NCBI RefSeq assembly: GCF_963921235.1
Contig: NC_086109.1
Location: 17,734,001-17,798,000 of the forward strand
Reading direction: 5' to 3'
From: Mobula hypostoma
Taxonomy: Eukaryota
DNA: 64,000 nucleotides
This document shows positions 53,764 through 64,000 of the stretch, in pieces. The translations under genes and the position numbers were made by a program. A model generated the notes under the pieces. It did no database searches. It worked only from the letters and a program-made list of their open reading frames with translations, and had not been told where the DNA came from. The stretch's first letter is position 1; each line of letters begins with the position of its first letter.

Positions 53764-54000
53764 AGGCGCCAAATAGTTCTTTTATTATTGAATAAGGTTA
53801 GACACTAACCAAAGAAACAGCATTAAAATATCCCTCGGCACACACGCATGTGTGAAATACAAACGATATGAAAACAAGTTCGACTGATTGGACGCGATTA
53901 AAACAAGAAACTCATTGGTCAATCTCTTATTAACCCGTTCGACGCCACGTCTCAAATCGCACGACCTTAGCACTTGTGTTATACAAATAGCTACATTCTC
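53764..54000 (-). promoter_or_regulatory. Probable proximal promoter/5'UTR with two CCAAT boxes and an E2F-type site
   Basis: Minus-strand CCAAT at 53918-53914 and 53891-53887, TTTGGCGC at 53773-53766, and visibly higher CpG content over about 53000-54250 than in the flanks. Confidence 0.6.
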
Positions 54001-54134
54001 CCCAAAATTTCTCACCAACATATATGCAAGGATTCAGAGACCAAATGGTTAGGCGACGAGAAAGCATCGACATGATACTGTATTACAGTTTGGATGATTT
54101 AATCGCTGCAGCTACGATATCAACATAGTCCTGG

Positions 54135-56530
54135 AGAAATACAGTACAGCACTTAAACGGGCCCTTCGGCCCAACTGGTCGATGCCGACCAAGGCGTCGA
54201 CCTCAGCTAGTTCCACTTGCACGCGTTTGATCCATGTCCCTCAAATGGCTTTTAAGTGTCATTACTGCACCTGCCTCCAGCATATTCTCTGACAGCTGGT
54301 TCCATATGTGCACCACCCACTCTAAAAAATTTGCCCCTCAGGTTTCCTGGTTTTGGGTTACCCTTCCCTGGGGAAAGGGCTGTGCCTTCACCCCATCTAC
54401 AATTTTACACACGTCTAAGCCCCCCGCCCCAGTCTCTTCATTCCGGGGAATTAAGAACCTAACCAATATCTCCATACAACTGGGACCAGAGTTCTGGCAA
54501 CATTTTCATAAATCTGCACTCTTTCCACCTTCATGATGCCTTTTTGGATTCAGAATGTGCTTGCCCACAGAAAGCAGAGAATAGTAGCAGAAGAAAAGTA
54601 TTCTACTGGGAGGATGGAGAGCCGGTGTTCTGCAGGGATCTGTCCTGGGACCTCTGCTGTTTGTGATTTTTATAAAGGACTGGGACAAAGAAGTGGAAGG
54701 GTGGGTTAAGTTTGTAGATGACATGGAGCTTGTACGTGCTGTGGATTGTGTAGAAGGTTGTAGTAGTTTACAATGGGATTGGCAGGATACAGAGGTGTTC
54801 TGAGAAACAGGAGATGGAGTTCAACCTGGAGTTGAGTTGAGACTTTTCCCTGGAGTGGAAGTGGCTAATACAAGGGGGCATAACTTTTAAGGTGTTATGA
54901 GGAAAGTGTATTATGGGGGGGGGGGGGTTGATAGATTTTTTTAAAAAAACACAGCAGAAAGTGGTAGAGCAATGGTATGCATCACCATGGGTGATGGTAG
55001 GGACAAGTATGTTAGAGTAGGGGTACCCAACCTTAAGCACAAATGATTTTCTAGCACACGTTATTCATTAATTTGAGTCCAAACATAACTAGATGTATTT
55101 AAATGGATAATTCCTATATTTCAAGTTTTTTATGGCATTTATCTGGTCCACCGTCTGCTCATTAATACCCAATCCGGCCCACAGAGGCAAAAAGGTTGCC
55201 GACCCCTGCATTAGAGCACTTAAGAGGCTTAGATAGTACTTAATTCTTCTTTCAGCTGTGTGCCTATGTGGAGGGAAGGGTTAGATTGATCCTGGATAGG
55301 TTAAAGGATTGGCACAACACTGAGGGCTGAAAAGTCTGTACTGTGTTGCACTATGTACGCAACTAAAACGGGGTAATCAAACATATAGACAATACTCCAA
55401 GATACAGCCTCTTACAGGCAATGCCTTAATTATTGAAGGCCGATGTGAGAAACACCTTCACTCCCAGCTACTTTCTTCAGTGAACTGTGTACATGCACTT
55501 CTACGTCCCTCTGTCCACACACTTCCCAGGGTGCTACCACTCACTGTACAAGCCTTGCCCTGGTTTGTCTTCCCAAAATATAACATCACTTTTATATGGA
55601 TTAAATATTATTTGCCTGTCCGCTGACCAAACTTATCAGGATTCCCCTGAAATTTTTGATAACTTTCTTCACTGTCTCTCTGAAATCATCTATTGTAGTA
55701 TCATCTGCAAATCTACTAACCACACCTTATACATTCTCATCCAATTTTTTGAAATATAAATAATAAGTAACAAAGGTCCCAGCACCAATCTCTATGGCAC
55801 AGGCCTCCAGTTCAAAAACAACCTTTTACTATTACCCTCTGCTATCTTTCATCAAGCCAGTTATGCTTCCAGTTAGCCAACTCTGTCTGGATCACTTGGA
55901 ATTCTAATCTTCTTGATTAACCTTCTATTCAGATCCTTGTCAAAGGCCTTGCTAAAGTCAAGCTTGCTCTCATTCATTTCCTTCTTGGTTAATTCTTTGA
56001 AGAAACCTATTAGATTTGTCATGATCTCCTCAGACATGTAACTGGATACTGATAAATTGGTCAGGAATATCCTATTAAGACTATAAGACATAGGAGCAGA
56101 ATTAAGCCATTTGGCCCATCAAATCTGCTCTGCCATTCCATTATGGATGATCTATTATCCCTCTCAACTCCTTTTCCTGCCTTTTCCATATAACCCTTGA
56201 TACCCTAATCTAGAGCCTATTAACCTCCAATTTAAATATGCCCAATGACTTGGCTTCCACTGCCTATAGCAATGAATTCCACAGATTCACTATCTTCTGG
56301 CTAAAGAAATTACTCATCGTTGTTCTAAAGGGACATCCCTCTATAATGAAGCTGTCCCCTCTGGTGCTAGACTCCCCCACTAAAGGAAACATTCTCTCCA
56401 CATCCACTCTTAACTATGTCTTTCAGTATTTGATAGGTTTCATTGAGATTCTCCCCCCCCCCCCCCAGCAAGCGCAGGCCCAGAGCCATCAATTGCTCCT
56501 CAAACATTAACCCTTTCATTCTCAGAATCA
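54135..56530. mobile_element. Cluster of decayed CR1 fragments on both strands
   Basis: GVLQGSVLGPLLFVIFI..KFVDD on + (about 54625-54725), DFSKAFDK on - (about 55935-55960) and several CR1 3' tails. Confidence 0.75.
55018..55208. mobile_element. hAT-Charlie-type MITE inserted in CR1
   Basis: Ends TAGGGGTACCCAACCTT / AAGGTTGCCGACCCCTG; 8-bp flanks TGTTAGAG / CATTAGAG, consistent with CpG decay of CGTTAGAG. Confidence 0.75.
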
Positions 56531-56959
56531 ATAAATTACCATCTTTTACCTGTGATAAGGACTGTCACATCCAGAGAACACCAAAATGTGAAGGTGTTGA
56601 TTCCCTTTTTAGATCACTTGCATTCTAGGTGACCAAGGAGGCCAACATGGTAACTCCTGACCCTTCTGCAAATGAGGCACTAAGTGCTTATCAGGATGGT
56701 CAGAGGGGTGATTTGGAAAGTGGTGATTTCATGTTCAACATGTTTTCTCATTGATTCAAGCTTCTCTCAAAAAGTACAGGAGATTGATGAGGTTTATGCT
56801 GGGATTAGAGTTCATCTTCCAACATTTATCTTTAGATGGTCAAAGGTTCACTAGTGTACTGCGGGGAATGGTGAATTTCATTACCAAAATCTTTCTTCTC
56901 AGGAACCAACTCAGTGCTATGGAAGTGGCTTAGTTTCCAGGGATTCATGATGATCCCTA

Positions 56960-57480
56960 TAATCAGAAAATAAATGTTCTATGCCAGGGAAAACTTGAGG
57001 TCCACAAGGCCAGATCAGAACTAAAAACAATGACCTCAGGCATAAACAGTATTGCAGCTGATGTTATAAAGTCTGCCACTGAGAAATTTCAATTTCAAAT
57101 TCACAACCTCATCTCCTATGTCAGAGAGGAAGAAGACAAGCCACTGGATCTCAGCAACATTATAATCATCACCATCTTTAACAAAGGAAACAAATCCAAC
57201 TGTGGTAATTACAAAGCGGATCTCTTCACTGTCTGCCATGGGGGTATATAATTCATAAAATCCTCAGCTACCTTCTCCAGGTGACCAAAAAGTTGCTACT
57301 AAAATTACAAAGTGGATTCCTTCCATCTGTCTAGAGGGACACTGAATATAACCTTCCCCGGACTCAAATAGAAAGAGCAACACAAACCACTCTGTATGGT
57401 ATTTTCCAATTATATTTTGATAATGCCACAGTAGAGAAAATGTGGAACATTCTCACACAACTGCATCGCCATCTAGTTTC
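56960..57480 (+). mobile_element. Old RTE-clade LINE RT fragment
   Basis: SGINSIAADVIK..IITIFNKGNKSNCGNYK remnant. Confidence 0.6.
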
Positions 57481-57532
57481 ATGATAGAATATAGTTCAGA
57501 GTTCAAAGTAAATTTATTATCAAAGTACATAT

Positions 57533-57811
57533 AGTCATCGTCATAGTCATACTTTATTGATCCCGGGGGAAACTGGTTTTCGTTACAGTTGCACCATAAA
57601 TAATAAATAGTAATAGAACCATAAATAGTTAAATAGTAGTACGTAAATAATGCCAGTAAATTATGAAATAAGTCCAGGACCAGCCTATCGGCTCAGGGTG
57701 TCTGACCCTCCAAGGGAGGAGTTGTAAAGTTTGATGGCCACAGGAAGGAATGACTTCCTATGATGCTCTGTGTTGCGTCTCGGAGGAATGAGTCTCTGGC
57801 TGAATGTACTC
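57533..57811 (-). mobile_element. LINE 3' end fragment hosting the solo LTR
   Basis: RHRKSFLPVAIKLYNSS remnant; AATAAA plus a (TGAC.A)n-type tail at 57533-57560. Confidence 0.65.
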
Positions 57812-58692
57812 TGTTACGAGAATACACATAAAATTAAGATGTTTGCTGGCCTGGGCTAGCATCAGTGGCATCAGCAGTTGGTCTGCCACCTGCCCTCAGG
57901 GGAAGGAGAGATAAGGAACAATGGAGCAGCGTCTGGAGATGTGTAATGAAGGGATGTGGGAGGAAGAGCTGTCTGGAGCGGCTCCCCCCTTTGAGCCCTG
58001 AACTGTTTGAAGTGATGGACAGGCGATACCCCAGCAGGGGGATAAAAAGGGACAGGTTCGCTAAGACAGACACACACGCCACCCGAGGTAACGAGACCCT
58101 GGAAGCGGTGCGCTTCTCACGAGTGGGTGAGAAGTCCCAGACAACGACAAGGGTGGAAAGGTACGATCAGCGGGAACCCGGTGTGTGTCCGCCCTTGCCT
58201 GGGTGCCGGGTTCACTGCAGAGGATCGACCGCATCTGGAGGAGGGGTCACAGTCGGTGGCCTCAGGTGACATCACCAAGGACCTGCCCAAAAAGCTGTTT
58301 GTGAGCCATCTCGCTGGTCTGTGAGCCATCCTGCTGGTCTGTGAGTGAAGCCGTTCTGAATGATGAGTTGTTCCTATTCTATGTCTCTCTCCCCCCACCT
58401 TGTCCATCGCCATGGCAACGATTACTGCGAACTGAACTACAAACTGGACTGAACTTTGAGTCATTTTGAAATTGGTCATTTAACCCCTAGACAACGATAG
58501 AGCTTGATTGGTGCTGTTATCTTAATTCTGTGCACATGTGTGGTTATCATTGTTGACTTGTTGCATTTATTATCCTTTCGATTACTGTGTTGCTTGTCTC
58601 TTTAATAAAACTTTCTTAGTTCTAGTACTCCAGACTCCAACTGAGTGATCCATTTCTGCTGGTTTGGCAACCCAGTTACGGGGTACGTAACA
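57812..58692 (+). mobile_element. Solo LTR (881 bp)
   Basis: TGTTACG...CGTAACA termini; 4-bp TSD ACTC (57808-57811, 58693-58696); TATA-like GATAAAAAG at 58041; AATAAA at about 58604. Confidence 0.92.
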
Positions 58693-58710
58693 ACTCCATA
58701 TGGTGAATAT

Positions 58711-59450
58711 CTCACCATATACAACCTTGAGATACATTTTCGTGTTGATGCGCTCAATGGTGTGGAGGACTTTACCTATGATGGACAAAGGTTGTATTCT
58801 CAACTTTTTAAATAGGATTTTCCATTATCAGGCAATGGCATACTCAACAAATCCATAATAGAATAATAATAATAGAATCAATGAAAGACTGCACCAATTT
58901 GGCTGTTCAAGCAGTGTGCAAAAAACAAACTGTGCAAACATAAAAAGAAAAAAAATAATAAATAAGCAATAAATATCAAGAACATGAGATGAAGAGTTCT
59001 TGAAAGAGTCCATAGGTTGTGGGAACATTTCAGTGATGGGGCAAATGAAATTGAGCGAAGGTATCCCTACTGGTTCAAGAGCCTGAAGGCTGAGGTGTAG
59101 TCACTGTTCCTAAACCAGGTGGTTTGAGTCCTGAGGCTCCTGCACTTTCTTCCCAATGGCAGCAGCAAGAAGAGAGCATGACCTGGCTGGTGGGAGTCCC
59201 TGATGATGGATGTTGCTTTCCTGTGACAATGCATTGTGTTGATGTGCTCAATGCTGGGGAGGGCTTTACCTGTGATGGACTGGGCTGTAGCCACTACATT
59301 TTTGTAGGACCTTCCATTGAGGGGCATTGGTGTTTCCATTCCGAGCTGTGACGCAGCCAATCAATATACTTGCCATCACACGTTCACAGAAGTTTGTCAA
59401 AGTCTTAGATGTCATACCAAATCTTCGCAAACTCCCAAGTAGAGGTGATG
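58711..59450 (-). mobile_element. Rex1/Babar-like LINE 3' part (its tail is displaced to about 57497-57532)
   Basis: LRRFGMTSKTLTNF and SHQPGHALFLLLPLGRKCRSLRTQTTWFRNS..AFRLLN. Confidence 0.8.
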
Positions 59451-60579
59451 TCATGGTCCTAACAAAAGGATCCACAACAACCCAGATTGACACCAAGCAA
59501 AGCTGTATCTTTAACTCTTTCCAACTTTTCTCACTGTAATGCTGCGCCTCACTTCCAATGAGCTTCCTGCTGGATTGGAGCTAATCTAATTGGGAATTTA
59601 TTGAACTAATATTCAAGTTTATTGTCATTCAACTGTACACATGCATACCACTAAACAGTGTTCCTCTGGATCAAGTTGCACAACAGTACATATACTCAGA
59701 ATCAAGTTTAATATCACAAGCACATACTATGCAACTAACACAAAGTAACATTACCACAAATAAATTAACACATACTAAGGTGTGTTTACAACACAAGTGA
59801 ACAGTATAACGCCACTGGCATTTCATGTGTGATGAGACCTGGTTGGTGGCAGGGAGTTCAGTAGTCTTATGGCCCTGGGGAAACAGCTGTTTCCCATCCT
59901 CAAACCAAGGTCAATCAAAACTCAGGAATCAGGCTGCACAATGATCTTGTATGATGATGATCACACATGTGCACATTTAAGAGGTTGAGCCCAAATTTAT
60001 TGTTAAATCATTCACCAAAGCAATACAAGAGAACTGGTTTTGCATTTGCCACTCACCTCAGTTATAATATACAGTATTATTTACAATAAAGTTCCTTGGG
60101 GAAATAGTTAATACTTAATGAAAACACTAAAACTAAAATCTATTTAAGACAGCAGCATGTGGTGTTTTACATCACATTTAAAAAAATAAAATCTGCAAAA
60201 AATATCCAATCTAGTTTAAATATTGTTTAATGATTAATATCAAAATGGGTAAGGAATCTTTCAGTTAATTAAGTTTCTTATCAACTGCAGCTCTAATGAA
60301 ACCCTCAATAAACAGGTTTATTGTCCTCCTATGCAATATTCCAAAAGTGAAATTAAAAACATTAAATTCTGAAAAGATCTACCAGGTCAGACAATATCTA
60401 TAGAAACAGAAACAATGGCAATATTTTAGGTTGCAGGTGCTCTATCAAAACAGTACCCTTCTTCATCATCAGGATTCTGTCAACCAAAACATTTTCAGTT
60501 CTGAAGGATCCTTAAACAGGCATATTCTGACTTCAGTATTTCTGGCATTTGCGTTTTTATTTCAGACTTCAAATATTCC

Positions 60580-60870
60580 CTAGGCTTCCTGTCCCATGAT
60601 CCTCTCATATCCCTTTTGCAATCAACTGTCCAGCTCTTGGCTCCATCCCTCCCCCCTGTCTTCTCCTATCATTTTGGATCTGCCCCTTCCCCTCCCACTT
60701 TCAAATCTCTTACGAGCTCTTCCTTCAGTTAGTCCTGACGAAAGGTCTTGGCCCGAAACGTCGACTGTACCTCTTCCTAGAGATGCTGCTTGGCCTGCTG
60801 CCTTCACCAGCAACTTTTATGTGTGTTGCTTGAAATTTCAGCATCTGCAGATTTCCTTGTGTTTGCGTTT
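60580..60870 (+). repeat. Penelope-like terminal repeat with hammerhead motif (60730-60767)
   Basis: Polypyrimidine stretch, then AGTC-CTGACGA-A-AGGT(CTTG)GCCC-GAAA-CG-TC-GACT; same layout as the 3' end of 9835-12135. Confidence 0.75.
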
Positions 60871-61209
60871 TCAAATATTTAGTGCTTTATTTCCAAAAAT
60901 ATAAGCCAATGTAAATGTACTAAATTCTAGTTTTATCCCAAATACAGTATGATACAAAGCAGCATAATAGTTGTTAAAGCGCAATGTTGTAAACCTATGC
61001 AAAAAACTTAACCAGGCAGGAGTACATAATCATTAATGTTAACATCAGAAAGGAAATTCTATGGTGCTCATGTTCCTGAAATGGCCCAACAACAGGACAA
61101 CGAAAGGGCTACATTACAAGCAAGCCAGATCATAGTTTGAATGGGTAATTTAATGTTTTGGAAGGTCTTTTGAACATGTGCCAATCCTACTGCACACTCC
61201 ATTGACATA

Positions 61210-61710
61210 CACTTAGTGGCCACTTTTTAGGTGCACCTTCTCATTAATGCAAATATCTAGTAATCAGCCAATCACGAAGAGGAACTTAATACATAGACAC
61301 ATGCAGACATGGTCAAGAGGTCCAGTATTGTTCAGGCCAAAGATTAAAACTGGGAAGAAAAGTGATTCAAATGACCATGGGATGAATGTTGGTGCTAGAA
61401 GGGTAGGTTTCAGTATTTATGAAACTGCTGCTCACCTGGGATTTTCATGTGCAACAGTCCCTACAGCTTACAGAGAATGGTGTGAAAAACCAAATAAAAA
61501 AAAACCCAGTGAGCAGCATTTCTGTGGGTGAAAAATCCCTCTTAAAGCCAGAGAATGGCCAGACTGGTTCAGGCTGACAGTAACTCAAATAACCACACAT
61601 TACAACAGTGGTGTGTAGAAGAACATCTCTGAAAACACAGCGAACTATGAAGTGGATGAGCTAGAGCAGCAGAAAACCACACCGGGTACCACTCCTGCAG
61701 CCACTGCAAA
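61210..61710 (+). mobile_element. Tc1-derived non-autonomous element
   Basis: TA + CACTTAGTGGCCACTTT; remnant GKKSDSNDHGMNVGARRVGFSIYETAAHLGFSCATV. Confidence 0.85.
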
Positions 61711-61971
61711 TACAAAATAGACTCCCTAAAATGAGTTGAAAAATACCACTAAAGTGATTCAGGCAAACTAAATTTTGCACATTAGAACCAGTGATTTTTT
61801 TCCCCTTTCATTGATCTTTATTTAGTATGTCCCAAGGAAAGTGCATTTATCTAGAAAGCCTAGAAAAACCCCAACTACTTGAAAAAAGAACATTCAGAAA
61901 TATATTACATTAAGAAACTTGTTAATATTTTAAAAGAAAGCTAGAGGAAGCTAAAATTCACAACAATGTTA

Positions 61972-62262
61972 AAAACAAGAGAAAATCTGCAGATGCTGAA
62001 AATTCAAGCAACACACACAAAATACTGGGGGACTCAGCCGGCCAGGCAGCATCTAGGAAAAAAAAATGGAGTTGATGTTTTGTGCTGAAACCCTTCAGCA
62101 ATGCTGTCTGGTTTATAAACCTTAAACACAAGAAATTCTGCAGATGCTGGAAATCAGAGCAACACACACAAAATGCTGGAGGAAGTCAGCATGTCAGGCA
62201 GCATCTATAAAAAAAATTCAACAATCGACACTGGGCTGAGACCCTCCATCAGGGCTGGAAGG
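61972..62262 (-). repeat. Two tandem decayed Penelope-like terminal repeats
   Basis: Two direct copies of CTGCAGATGCTG.AAAT...ACACACAAAAT.CTGG.GGA.TCAGC on the + strand; decayed hammerhead remnants on the minus strand. Confidence 0.7.
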
Positions 62263-64000
62263 AAACTCCTGACTTGATTTGCATCAATGAATTGCCTAGA
62301 AAATACCAATCACATTGTATATAATGTCATATACGAGTATAATAAATTCCAGAGCATAGTTTAACCTAAAATTATTACATTTTAAATTTGTATTACAAGG
62401 GAAATGAAAATTGCTCTGAATCACAAGCCTTTGCAGGTCAGCAAAAGTACACTAAAATTACTGAAAGGGAAAACTACACTGGGGGGAAAATCTAGGAAGA
62501 TTTGTGCGTGGAAGCTGCAACCTGGAGTTCAAAACACTTCTTCAGTTCTATTTATGTAAATAGTTTTCCAGTAATAGGCAATGCAACTAAATGGAAGACT
62601 TTCAAAACAAAGCTGTTTACTATATTGTTTACTGTTTACCTGTGATACACATTACATACACTGAATTATATTTTATTAATTTGTATTAATATTTTGTTTT
62701 ATGTGCTATGTGTGATATAGGTCTTGTGAGCACACAGTGGTCCTGAGGAATGTTGTTCTGTTTGGTTGTATATAACCTATAGTCAGTTGACAATAAACTT
62801 GAACAAATTACTGCTAGGCCAAAAACCCAGAAAGTGTGGCAAAAATGCAGCAGCTCTGGCAATTTCTTTTGATAGCGTTAACATTTCAGGTTGGCAACAT
62901 TTCACCAGAACAACCAAAATTCAAATATATAGATTTTTTTTCTAAAAAACAAAATTCCAATAACTTCCTTTTCAAAATTAATATGCATAGTGTGGTTTGT
63001 AAATGAGCAGAATATTGCACAAATGCCTAGAACAACACACAAAAAGTTGGAGGAACTCAGCAAATCAAACCACATTTATAGAAGGAAATAAACAGGAGAC
63101 CCTGATTTAAAGTGATGGTCAGAAGATGCAAGAAATCTTTCTCTAGATGTAGACCTGAAACTTTCCTAAAAGGTAATGTTAGAGTTTCCAAAGATGCAAT
63201 TTGATAAGGATGCAAGGATAAGTAACTTATGGGGAATTGGGTAAGAAGGAGATGAATGCGAATGATTCTATTGCTTTACAATAATCCACTAATCTTAATA
63301 CACCCATAGCTAACTGGATATTAACACTTTACCTCATCAAATAAAGTAATCGCCTGTATTAGATGAAATGATAATTTATTTTAAGGGCAATTTACTTTAA
63401 ATAAAAAAATAGGGTGGCTGTTAATTGTTATCCCATGTAAGGCAAAATTTTAAAAATGTAATCCTACTTTTTTTCCCCATTCTCCAGCAATAATTTATGT
63501 TAGCTGTGTTTCCTGAATCCACGTGTCTGTAATGCTGTTGTAAATTTTTCATTAGACCCATACCTCACCGTACATGAAAATAAAACTCGATTTGACCGTT
63601 CTGTATTTTTTTTTAAAAGTGCTAAACCGAAATGAAGAGACTGTAGATGGTGGAACATAGCGCAACCGTCCGCTGGCGAAACTCAGCGGGCCGAGCAGCA
63701 TCTGAGGGGAGGAAAAGAACTGTAGACATTCGAAACCCTGCATCAGGACGAGTTAACAATCCCTTCCCCCGCCCTGCTGTTGCTCAACCCTTCGCATTTT
63801 TCCAGCGGATTGTTGGCTAAACCGAAGGAAGAGTTAAAACTTTCTTAAGTGCCAATAACTTAGAAGACATAACACAGGCCTTACGATAAAAAAAAACTAC
63901 AATTGAAAGTATTTAAAATAACGACTAACCTGAACACTGAAAGACTTTTCTTTCCCTCAGCACTTCGAAACTTTATGAACTTCCCCTAGGCTTTAGTCAT

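Noticed and set aside
57834..58479. Several overlapping ORFs up to 134 aa
   Set aside because: All lie within the solo LTR and show no gag, pol or env motifs.

Overview
Vertebrate genomic DNA, most likely a cartilaginous fish (inferred from HE1/V-SINE-like elements, CR1 LINEs and Penelope-like repeats). No prokaryotic system, CRISPR array, rRNA or true tRNA gene is supported. One protein-coding gene is supported, on the minus strand: a 7-coding-exon thymopoietin/LAP2beta-family inner nuclear membrane gene (LEM-like domain + LEM domain + C-terminal transmembrane helix, about 322-325 aa). It is probably the TMPO paralogue LEMD1. I assembled it by hand from GT-AG sites with consistent phases: 53539-53763, 41155-41275, 40091-40216, 33202-33237, 31549-31628, 27013-27071, 26532-26862. 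It has a CCAAT/E2F-type promoter and a probable 3.6 kb 3'UTR. The rest is a dense, often nested mix of transposons: CR1, Rex1/Babar-like, L2 and RTE LINEs, a Penelope-like element, V-SINEs, LTRs, Tc1, pogo/Tigger and hAT-Charlie elements. The most interesting non-coding signals are (i) minimal type I hammerhead ribozyme motifs in Penelope-derived repeats, including a ~174 bp fold-back insert with a 16-bp target duplication and an intact core, and (ii) a Tigger4-like element carrying a segment that closely resembles mammalian MER2 (from memory, unverified).
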